Below, one piece after another: positions 37,305 through 48,271 of a DNA stretch of 64,000 bases. The notes beneath the pieces were generated by a model. The model worked only from the letters and a program-made list of their open reading frames with translations. It was not told where the DNA came from and searched no databases. The position numbers and the translations under genes were made by a program. How positions within the stretch are numbered: the stretch's first letter is position 1; every line of letters begins with the position of its first letter. The stretch spans positions 132,715 through 196,714 of the forward strand of contig JAAOMT010000664.1 of the NCBI GenBank assembly GCA_016748015.1, written 5' to 3'. The DNA is from Geosiphon pyriformis uo1 (taxonomy: Eukaryota; Fungi; Glomeromycota).

Positions 37305-39740
37305 TTAAATTTGTCTTATTTGTGACAACCCATTGGCATTTTCATTTTCTTTTCTTTTTTTATAATGTACTGTATATTTGTATGGTGTAAGTTTTATTTT
37401 CTATTGAGCATGGTAATCATCTCCAAATTCTTGCTTCTGAATTGAAGTTAATTCTTTATGGTCTGTGTAAATGTCAAATTTCTGGCTCAAGTATTCTTTC
37501 TATTTTATTACTGCCCAGTAAATAGCTAAGTGTTCTAGTGCTGATGTTCTATAGTTCTTTTTTGCTGGGCTCAAACTTTGGCTGGCATATGCTACTGAAT
37601 GTTCTCTTCTGTCTGGTCCCCTCTGCAATAATACTGCTCCTAATGCTTGACCTGATGCATCAGTCATGATTATGAATGGCTTACTATGATCTGGATAGAT
37701 TACTACTGGGGCTTGGATGAGCTTTCTTCTTAATGTATTAAAAGCTTCTTGCTGAGTTTTTGTCCATTCATATTTGGTGTTCTTTGTTTGAAGCTGGTGT
37801 AGTGGTTAAGTTATTTTGAAAAAGTTTTTGATAAAGTGGTAGTAGTATCCGGCAAATCCCAAGAATGCTTTTAGTTCAGTTAAGTTGTTTGGTACTGGAA
37901 AGTTTTTGACTATTTCAATCTTGTCTGAATATGTTTTAATACCGTCTTTACTCACAACATGTCCCAAAAACTTGAGTTCCATTTTTCCAAAGAAACATTT
38001 GGTTGCATTCAGTTTTAATCTGGCTCTTCTTAGTCTTTCAAACACTTGTTGAAAATGATGCAGATGATCATCGAATGTTTTTGAAAACACATTGGTATTA
38101 TTCAAGTATATAATTACTGACTTCTACAATAGTTTGGTATAAACAATTTTCATTAGCTGTTGGAATGTGGCTGGTGCATTTATCAATCCGAATGGCATGA
38201 TTTCAAACTCAAAGTTTCCTTCTTTTGTGGTAAATGCCATTTTTTCTTTGTCAGCTGGATCCATGGCTACTTGTTAGTAACCACTATCTAAATTCAGTGT
38301 TGAGAACCATTTATTTCCACTGAAAGCATCAAATAATTTCTGGATCCATGAAGTTGAATAACTGTCTTTATGAGTAACACTATTGAGTTTTCTATAATCT
38401 ACACAAAAGCAGATCTTCCCATTTTTCTTCTGAACTAGTACCACTGATAACAACCATAGACCCATTGATAGTTGAATTAACTCATTGTCAAGCATCTGGT
38501 TGATTTCTTGATGAATGATTTCATGGCTGGTGAATGGTACTCTGTATGCTCTTTGTTTGATTGGCATTGTATCTCCAGTTTTAATCTAATGCTGGATTAT
38601 GTTGGTGCAGCCAAATTTATTTTCACTAGCAAAGATGTCATTGAAATTTCTAAGTAACATCTTTAGTTATATCTGTTGGAGTGGGTCTAAATTCTCCATG
38701 TTTATCTGTTCCAATTGTTCTAGTTGGAGCAGATAACATTCATTTTGTTCATAAATGGTTTGTGATGTGATGTCTACATATCCACAAAGTTATAGAAAAT
38801 CTGAAATGTAGTTTGGTAGTTGATCCTCAATTTTAGTGGTTAAATATCCAATGATAGGTTTTTTTGGTATCTCGATAACACTTCCAGTTGTATTGTAGAT
38901 GGAAATTTTAATGTTTTTGGGGCTTTTGGCTGGTATGTAAAAATTAGTAAGTCCAATCTCTCCTGATTCATAAATAATGGCTTCTGCTTCGAACAACTAA
39001 GCTTGATCTTTTACTTCTTTTTTTATTGCTAACATGTACTGGTCATATAATAGAATAGAAATTGCTTGACAGATGGAGATAATTTCTCTCTTGTCAATAA
39101 TTTCTTCTTCTGCTATATTAACTGGTATATCTATTCTACCTGTTAATCTAAACCCCTGTATTCTTCTTGCTGTTATTCTTAACTCTTTCCTGTTTCCCAC
39201 TGACACTAGCTGAGCTATTTTAATCAGAGGCAGAAATATTGCTTGTGCTATCTTTTTGTTTGGCTCTATTGTATAGGCCTTTTCTGAATTATTTTGTAAT
39301 ATTACAATGATATTTTTTACATATCCTGTATCAATTATTCTTTCTTTGATATTTATTCTTCTTTTTGCTAGACTACTCCTAGATGCTAATTGAACTATGG
39401 TGGTCACTAGAATTTCTAGTGCTAGTTTGAGATTAATATATGTGTGCAAATATGGTTCCAATTTTATGGCTTTTTTTCCTGGATATCTCAAATCAAACTC
39501 TGCATTAATATCATGCATGCATTCTGGCATAATACCTTCATTATTATCACTGAACCATTTTAATTTCTGCTTTTTGTTGAAGTCAGGGAGCATGATATAT
39601 TGTTTAAAATTTGAATCGGAGTTTGAATCTGAGTTGAAATCATTGTCATTACTGCCATATTGGACTAAGCTAGAACCATTGTTTTCATCATTGTCATTGT
39701 TAGAGTTTGAATTGGAATTGAAAGTTGATCCTGATTCCAA
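37305..39740 (-). pseudogene. A3 dUTPase, dUTPase-like domain, RT, RNase H
   Basis: ORF fragments 38997-39740, 38790-38996, 38274-38567 (FCVDYRKLN), 37806-38105. Confidence 0.9.
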
Positions 39741-40727
39741 TGTACAGTGGCTAATTGGTTCTTTTTCTTCTGAGATTGTGTATATTATACATGGTGACAG
39801 ATTGTAAATGAGGTCACACTCATTACAATATTGAAAGTCATATGGGATTAGGCAATGTTAATACAGTTAGGTGTTTAACTGCTCTAAACGTTGTTCTTGT
39901 TCTTCTCTTGTGGGTGCTAATTCTTGGTAGTATTACGGATTGGAGTAACAAGCTAATGGATAGCAAGGAAGAACAGGATTGTAGGGTGATGGAAATAATC
40001 AAAGGGAATTCAACTTCAATGAGCAAATTAAATGAGTATGGATTAATTGTGCGAGATCAGTCTCATAAAATATCTCAGTCATTATTCTTTTCAAAGGTAA
40101 CTAGGGAATCTGAAGATAAAGAGATAGTCCATACTGTCAACAATTGATAACTGCTGGTATAATTCTATGCCTCATGTCAGCACTCTTAGAATTCAATATC
40201 AGGTATCAACTTGTGCTTTTCAGTCATGTTTATTTAAATAATCTTCAAATGCTACAATTATATACATCAGGAAAAGGCCAACAAGTAATCTTTTATTCTA
40301 AAATGTTCGGATACTTGAAGGTAGAGAAAGGGAAATTAGTAATAAGAGAGTGATTGAGATGAAAGTTGTTATTTTTATTTATTTGATTCTTGTCTGAGAG
40401 ATGATTTTCTACAGCTAAAAGACTTATTGCTTATATAGTTATTGAAAGTGGTCAATGACCAGGTCAACAACTAAGTCAATGATCAGGTCAATGATCAGGT
40501 CAACGATCAGGTCATTGATCAGATCAATGATTAGGTTAATAATCAGGTTAACAGTCAGGTCATTGATTAGGTCAATGATCACTATCTAAAAATAGAGTGG
40601 CTAATTATATGACATCAGTGACTAATACATGTAATAACTAATAAAAATTATGGGTTTCAACCATAACATCATCTTTTCCAAAGAGATTGAGCTCTGGCAA
40701 AATCAAGCTATTTATAGGGTATTCTAA

Positions 40728-41294
40728 TTAAAGGGTTTTGTCTAACTCAAAACTAACTAGTTTGTTGAAGTCTTTTGTGGATAGAGTATATAGTACTTGA
40801 GGTGAAATAAGCTTTGTATCCAAGAGACCAAATCTTTGTATAAGAGTTTTGGCTCTTCTTGCAATGGTCAAAATTCTTGGAACATCTAAACGTATAATGC
40901 CCAAAATTTCCACTTGTATCTCTGAAGTTGTTTTCTTCATGAGCTTTATTTCTTCTATGATTTCACTAAGACGACCATAGAGTTCTAGTTGCCTTCCATA
41001 TGACAAGTTTTTGTTTATGGGCAAGATTTCCTTAATTGTTTTTCCAATTGTCATAGAAAGTGTAAGTATTGCTGCTGTTATGCTTTCTAGCAAATACTTA
41101 TCTATTTTGCTACTAATTTTTTCTCTTCTGGTAGTGGTTTTCTTTGGTCTAATAACAGTATATGTTCCACTGTTATCAGTTATGGTGGTTTGTTTTCCAA
41201 TAGTCAAAGTAGCATTTGGATAATTTTTGATCCAGTACTCATGGAGAGTGTAGAAAGTGTTTTGAATGTTTTGATCTAGAAAATAATTGTTCAT
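40728..41294 (-). CDS. B-v ORF3, unknown function (probable ATG at 41294, MNNYFLDQ)
   Basis: Open for ~190 codons between integrase and PPT; conserved in B-vi and B-ii. Confidence 0.8.
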   Translation of the reverse strand: MNNYFLDQNIQNTFYTLHEYWIKNYPNATLTIGKQTTITDNSGTYTVIRPKKTTTRREKISSKIDKYLLESITAAILTLSMTIGKTIKEILPINKNLSYGRQLELYGRLSEIIEEIKLMKKTTSEIQVEILGIIRLDVPRILTIARRAKTLIQRFGLLDTKLISPQVLYTLSTKDFNKLVSFELDKTL

Positions 41295-41964
41295 GTCAAT
41301 TAAAAATATCTTTGTTTTGGAAATAGTGTATTTATTTATATCTGATTTTTGTTGATTATTTGGGTCAGTATTACCACAACAGGTAACCAATCAGGTCGTT
41401 TGTGATATTTTTTGAGTTGTGTATCATGAATAGAATGATCATTGAAGATTGTTCCATATTGATCTTGTAAGATATAAAAACCATTGTTCAAAACTTTGTT
41501 GACTATAAAAGGTCCTTTCCACTGGCTAGAGAATTTATCATCATAGATATTGTCTTTGTCTGAACAGTATTCTAAAACTAAGTCACCAACACTTAAGAAA
41601 AGTGTTTTATATGTTTTCTTTTTCTTAAGCTTCTCTTGGAATTGTTTTATCTTTTTAAAGGCAATTATTTGTGCTTTTACTAATAAGTCAAGAATGGTAC
41701 CAAGTCTTCTTTGCAAAATGTCCTTGTAATCTCCTATTATTATTTCTTCAAAAGGTATTGTTTCTATATTCATTTCTATTGGTAGAGTTGCCATTTGTCT
41801 ATAGAGCAGAAAAAAAGGTTCATAACTTGTTATGTCATGTTTTACAGTTCTGTAGGCGAACAAAGCTAAAGGCAATACTGTTATGGTTGAAACACATAGT
41901 TTTTATTAATTATCACATGTATTAGCCACTAATGTCATATAATTAGCCACCCTATTTTTATATA

Positions 41965-42097
41965 GTGATCATTGACTTGATCAATGATCTAACTGTTGAC
42001 CTGATCATTGACCTGATCATTGATCTGATCAATGACCTGATCATTGACCTGATCATTGACCTGATCATTGACCTAATCATTGACCTGGTCGTTGACC
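41965..42097 (+). repeat. 12-bp tandem array (ATTGACCTGATC)n in LTR B U3, just upstream of TATATAA (42110-42116)
   Basis: Directly visible; recurs in every B LTR that retains this end, with variable copy number. Confidence 0.9.
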
Positions 42098-42668
42098 ACT
42101 TTAGATAGCTATATAAGCGATGATTCCCTTAGCTGTAGAAAGACATGATCAAAGTAACAAAATAAACAATATCAATTACTTCCTCTCATATTCGCTTATT
42201 ACCCTTTCCTTACCTTCAAGTATCTACTTGTTAGCATTTACATACCTTATCTTTTCCCCTTCTTGATTTGTATTTGTTAAAATTAGCCTGAAAAGCAATT
42301 GACTTGCTCTTGTAATTCATTGAATAAAGAAATGATTGAAAAGTACAACGATACCTGTTATTGATTCTAAGAATCACCAAGTTGAGACATAGAATAATAG
42401 CAGCAATGTTATCTTGTTGACAATCACGGACTGTTTCTTTACCTTCAGATTTAAGAAAAGATTAGCGACTGTGATTTTTATGAGACTGATCACGCACATT
42501 GAATTCCTACTTATTCAATTCGCTCTCTTATTGTAATTCCTTCTTTGTTTATTTCCATCACCATACAATACTGTTCTCCCTTGCTATCCATTAGCTTGTT
42601 ACTCCAACCCATAACATAAAAGTGGTGCTCCCTGTGAGGTTGTCAAAATTCACTTATTCCCTCATTGT

Positions 42669-44187
42669 ATGGGTGATTACTCATATCTGCCACAGCAATC
42701 AGAAGAACACTTTGCAGCACACAACAGAAACGACCAAAGTTTCATTGAACTTAATCCTCTGCCCTCCTGCTTGATCTGCTTCTCCCTTGAAGAACAATCT
42801 AGTAGACAATTCCAAGACTTTGGAAACTGGTTTCTGAACGAGCATTCAGCTGAAACCTACACAGCTTATACAACCTATTACTTTGACCAAGCTTATTTTG
42901 AAAACGACTTTGAAGAAAGAAACAACAGTATTAATCAGCTCTTATATTCTGCAATCTTTGAACAACAGCCCCCTGATTTCGAATATCTGAATCATCAAAT
43001 CCACATTTGGATTGCTGCCCATCAAGCAACTGAAACTCCTTTTGAAACAGAAGAAGAAAGCTACCAAATTGCCCCTGTTTTTGATCTTTTATCAAGCAAA
43101 TCAGACTCGTCTACACAAACAGTTACTCCTGAACCAATGGCTAATGACCCCATGCAAGCAAACATTCTGGCCACCCTTCAAGGTATACAAACTGCTCTAG
43201 GGCAAAGAAACAACACCCCAATACCATTATTTAGAGGTGATGCACAAGATCCAATTGAATGGTTAAATGACTTTGAAAGAGCTCCTACAGCCAATCAATA
43301 TGACAATGAGTACAAGTTCCAAATTGTTGGTGGCTACCTTCAAGGATCCTCTGCTACCTGGTTCTCACAAGAAACAGATGCCAATGCCTAGCAAAGAATC
43401 ATTAGATGGACACCAGCAAATGTGGGAGAAATCAATACTTCTTTCACTACCCGGTTTGAAAACAAGTTCAGAACTCCAATATTAATATCAAAATGGTGTA
43501 TGGAATTGGAAAGAAGAACCCAAGGTCCCAGTAAAGTTGTAACTGAATACGCCAAAGCAATCAGAAAGTTAATCAAATGAGTAGACACTGGAAGAAATTG
43601 GACAGAAGAGCAGAAAATTCACTCCTTCACAAAAGGATTGAGAACTGATCTATCATATGCTTTTTGGCCCCTCCTGGCCCTAAAAGATAATCCCACCATG
43701 GATATGGCCATTGAATTAGCACAAAAAATTGAAGATAACCAAAGGATGCACTTGGGATCCACACTACCAGTTTTTGCTCCTGTTTCTGTCATGGCTTCTG
43801 CCCCTCAAATGGCTGCTACTTCTTTTGCCATTCACACTCAAGATTCAAATGAACAGTTAATAGACAGACTTACAGCAAATCTTGCTCAGTTATTAGAACT
43901 CTTAGCCCAAACAGTCAGAGAAAATCAGCAACCACAAAGACCCAAATTTGAACTACACTTCAATCAGCCCCAGCAACCACCTTATCAAAGACAACAAAAT
44001 CATGGCCCACCTGTATGCTATCACTGTGGATTAACTGGACACTTTTCAAGAGATTGCAACAATCCTTCACTGCCTCCACCAGTCCCCAGAAACAATGATG
44101 CTCAGAACAACAGGATCAACAACAACAATGTGCCCAACCAAAGACCCAATCATGCCAACATCAATTTCTTTGGAGAGGATCCCCTAG
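42669..44187 (+). pseudogene. B-vi gag (two premature stops, ends at N gap)
   Basis: PLFRGDAQDPIEWL, FTKGLR, CYHCGLTGHFSRDC. Confidence 0.9.
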
Positions 44188-44265
44188 NNNNNNNNNNNNN
44201 NNNNNNNNNNNNNNNNNNNNNNNNNNNNNNNNNNNNNNNNNNNNNNNNNNNNNNNNNNNNNNNNN
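44188..44265. other. Assembly gap (78 N)
   Basis: N run; comparison with B-v suggests roughly 0.6 kb is missing, including the gag-pol frameshift site. Confidence 0.95.
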
Positions 44266-46337
44266 TTGGCAGAAAAATTGATGAACTATCCACACGACCA
44301 ATGACCAATGTGCATGGTGATAAGAAAAAAGGGCTTGGCATAGCCAAAGCTATTCCTGTCCGCATCAATGGCATCAGCATTGAAACTGATATGGAAGTGT
44401 CTAAAGCAAAAGAATACACCATCATTGTTGGCAATGAATGGCTCAAGAAAGCAAAGGCTTTGCTTGATTATGAACTCTGTGAACTAACCATCAGATGTGG
44501 TGAGAAACCTATTGTGGTTAAGTGTCGCCATTGGACAACTCCCCCAGTACCCAAGCAGAGCCCAGAAGAAAATGAATCAGATGAATCAGATGATGGAAGA
44601 AGAAGAACAAGAAGAACAAGAAGAAACTGCTGAACTCGCCTATACCATCTTCACTAGCAATGGCAAACCACTGGATAATATTAAGGCAGATAAAGAAGGA
44701 ATCATTGTTAATGGCAAGCTGATCTGCTGGCCTTATTATAACATGCTCAGAAGAACCTTTGACAGAAAGCCAGGCAAGAAAGCCAAATACAGTTATTGGT
44801 GGCATGGTCCTTGTGCCTGGTGCTGGTGTGACAAACCATTGTATTCTCCTAGTGATGAATGCATGTCCTGCCTGATTTATTACAAAGATTGGGAACCAAT
44901 CAGCTTGATACCCTGAAAGGAAATAAAAGAAGTCCAATCACTGGTTGTAGAACAAAAAGAACCCTCTCCAGAAGAAAGAAAAGTAGACATTGAAAATCTG
45001 CTGGTTAGAAACAGCCCAGTTATCTCAAAAGAAGGTGAACCTCCTGGAAGTACACATGTGATACAACACACTATCATCACCAGAGAAACCTGCCCCATCC
45101 ATTTGAAGCCCTATCAATCCAACCAGCACAATGATGAGTTTATCAAAAAAGAAATAACCTGAATGAAAACCCTTGGATTCATACAGGAAACCAAGAGTGA
45201 ATGGGCATTCCCAGTTGTAGTGGTATCCAAGAAAGGGGGAACTCTACGCTTTTGTGTTGACTATTGCCAATTAAATGCCATTACTAAAAGAGACATGTAC
45301 CCACTTCCCAAGATTGATGCAATGCTAGACCAATTCCATGGTGCCGCTTTCTTCTTAACCATTGACTTAACTGCTGGATTCTGGCAAGTAGAGATGGATC
45401 CAAAAAGCAGAAAGAAAACTGCCTTCATCACCAAGTATGATACCTATGAATTCACAGTCATGTCTTTTGGTCTTACAAATGCTCCTTCCACCTTTTAACG
45501 CTTAATGGACAAAGTATTTGAATCAGTAAAAGAAAACTTTGTTCTAGTCTACTTAGACAACATAATGGTATACTCAAAAACCTGGGATGAACATCTTGAA
45601 CATTTGCAAAAAATTTTTGACCTCCTTAGAAATGCTAATCATTCTTTGGACGTCAATTCACCCAGTTTCTTGGCCATCTTATTACAAAAGATGAAATCTT
45701 TCCTGATCCAGCCAAAATTGAAAAAGTTCAAAACATTAGACAACCAATGAATGTTCATAAACTACACTCTTTTCTTGGTTTGGCCTCTTATTATCGCAGG
45801 TTTGTCAAGGATTTCTCCAAAATCGCTGCTCCTCTCAATCAGCTACTTAGGAAAAACATCAATTATCACTGGAGCACTCATCAACAAAAAGCATTTGAAA
45901 TTCTGAAAGAAAAACTGGTTACAGAACCCATCCTCATGCAACCTAATTTGGATCAACCTTTTATCCTCCACACTGATGCATCTGGCTATGGACTTGGTGC
46001 TGTTCTTTCCCAAAAAGATGAAAATAACAGAGAACACACCGTAGCATATGCCAGTAGAACTCTCACACCAGCAGAAAAGAACTACTCAGTCACTGAGCAA
46101 GAATGCTTAGCAGTAGTTTGGGCTACCAGCTACTGGGACAAATATCTTAAGGGTGTGAAATTTTTGGTGGTAACAGATCACCAAGCTTTGGTTTGGCTAT
46201 GCAACAAAAGAAACCTGGAACATAAACGGATAACTCGCTGGATACTCCACTTTGACGAATTCGACTATGACATTCAACACCACAAAGGAGCTAATCATCA
46301 AAACGTTGACGCTCTCTCCAGACTTACCATCCAGTGA
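44266..46337 (+). pseudogene. B-vi PR C-terminus, Cys cluster, RT, RNase H
   Basis: IIVGNEWL, RFCVDY, YLDN, TDASGYG, TDHQAL, DALSR; small deletions and stops. Confidence 0.92.
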
Positions 46338-46402
46338 TAGTAAAACCCTCTCAAACCAAACCAACTTAATTATTTATAACTCCCCCACAAACAAACACAA
46401 TA

Positions 46403-47695
46403 ATGGACTTGGACAACTACTCTGCTTTAATGAAATTTTTGGGTAAAGGACAATACCCATCAGACTATACTCGACAGCAAAGAGAACATTTGTGCAAACA
46501 ATTAAATTTCTATTTGATTTGCCAGAACCAGTTATATAAAAGAAATAGAAAAGATCCTGACCGCCCCCAGAGAGTCATTAGATTTGAAGAAAGAGAAATT
46601 GTGATCTACAATATGCACACTGATCCATTAGCTGGACACTTTGGAAAAACAAAAACAATTCAGAAAACTTTAGCTCACTATTATTGGCCTACCTTGGAAA
46701 AAGACATTGCTGAATACATCAAAACCTGTGATACCTGCCAAAGAAGAGGAAAACCCAATCACAAGAAAGATATCCATCCAATTTCTGTTGGTCAACCATT
46801 TGATAGAATTGGTATAGATGTTGTTGGACCTTTAACAGTAACTCCTGATGGCAACAGATACATTATCACAGCTACTGACTATCTTACAAAGTGGGTAGAA
46901 GCAAGAGCCACCCCAAATCAAACAGCAGTCTCAATTGCCAATTTCATTTATGAAGATATTATCTGTTGCCAAGGCTGCCCCAAAAAACTTTTATCTGATA
47001 GAGGAAGAGCTTTTCTCAGTACACTGGTTAAAGAACTTTGCAGAAAAATGGGAATACGTCATAAACTCTCTTCTCCTTATTATTCCCAAACAAATGGCCT
47101 AGTGGAACGTTTCAATAGAACACTATGTGAAACCCTAGCCAAAACCAGTGAAGAAACCAACCTATGGGACAAAGTATTGCCTTCAGCTTTGTTTGCTTAC
47201 AGAACTGTGAATCATGACATAACAAGTTATGAACCCTTTTATCTGCTCTATGGACGAATGGCAACTTTACCAATAGAAACTGAAGAAATAACAATAGAGA
47301 ATTACAAAGACATTTTGCAAAAAAGACTTGGTACCATTCTTGACTCATTAGTAGAAGCATAGATAATTGCCTTTGAAAAGATAAAACAATTCCAAGAGAA
47401 GCTTAACAAAAAAAAAACATATAAAACACTTTCCTTAAGTGTTGGTGACTTAGTTTTAGAATACTGTTCAGACAGAGACAATGTCTATGGTAATAAATTC
47501 TCTAGCCAGTGGAAAGGATCCTTTATAGTCAACAAAGTTTTGAACAATGGTTCTTATATCTTACAAGATCAATATGGAACAATCTTTAATGATTACTCTG
47601 TTCATGGCACGCGACTCAAGAAATATCACAAACAACCTGATTGGTTATCTGTTGTGGTAATACCAACCCAAATAATCAGCAAAAACCAGATATAA
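46403..47695 (+). pseudogene. B-vi stand-alone integrase ORF (one premature TAG at 47360)
   Basis: Own ATG; HTDPLAGHF..CDTC zinc finger; GIDVVG, SDRG, NGLVERFN; different frame from RNase H. Confidence 0.9.
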
Positions 47696-47736
47696 ATAAA
47701 TGCACCATTCCCAAAACAGAGGTATCTTCAATCAAC

Positions 47737-48271
47737 ATGAACAATTATTTCCTGGATCAAAACATTCAAAATGCTTTCTATACTCTCCATGAGTACTGGA
47801 TCAAGAACTATCCAAATGCTACTCTGACTATTGGAAAACAAACCACTATAACAGACAACAGTGGAACTCACACTGTTATTAGACCAAAGAAAACAACTAC
47901 CAAAAGAGAAAGAATTGGTGGCAAAATGGATAAATACCTGCTGGAAAGCATAACAGCAGTGATACTTTCACCTTCCAGCACAATTGGAAAAACAATACAA
48001 GAAATCTTGCCCATAGACAAAAACTTGTCATATGGAAGACAACTAGAACTCNNNNNNNNNNNNNNNNNNNNAAAGATTTGGTCTCTTGGATACAAAGCTT
48101 ATTTCGCCTCAAGTACTATATACTCTATCCACAAAAGACTTCAACAAACTAGTTAGTTTTGAGTTAGACAAAACCCTTCACATAGACTATCCCATAAATA
48201 GTTTGATTTCGCTGGAGCTCAATCTCTTTGGAGAGGATGATGTTACAGTTGAAACACATAGTTTTTATTAA
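47737..48271 (+). CDS. B-vi ORF3 (interrupted by 20-N gap), reads through the PPT into the 3' LTR
   Basis: MNNYFLDQ...; C-terminus ELNLFGEDDVTVETHSFY* ends at 48271 inside the LTR. Confidence 0.75.
48052..48071. other. Assembly gap (20 N)
   Basis: N run. Confidence 0.95.

Noticed and set aside
39842-40353. ORFs inside LTR B (39842-40147, 40144-40353, 55036-55242, 48667-48849)
   Set aside because: Short, antisense to the LTR, not kept open across LTR variants, and one spans an insertion junction
40728-41390. ORF3 as an envelope gene
   Set aside because: No signal peptide, furin site with fusion peptide, or C-terminal transmembrane segment is evident
41965-42097. 12-bp tandem repeats as a CRISPR array or nuclear-receptor (AGGTCA) response elements
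   Set aside because: No unique spacers or cas genes; the repeats are part of the LTR U3. The AGGTCA similarity has no supporting context
46252-46446. Open alternative frame spanning the RH-IN junction (also 49694-49885) as a frameshift bridge
   Set aside because: It is the third frame, not the integrase frame; two successive shifts would be needed and I see no slippery signals
47400-47695. Chromodomain at the integrase C-terminus
   Set aside because: Only the GPY/F-type module (WKGPF..V..NGSY.L) is visible in either family, and the ORF ends shortly after it
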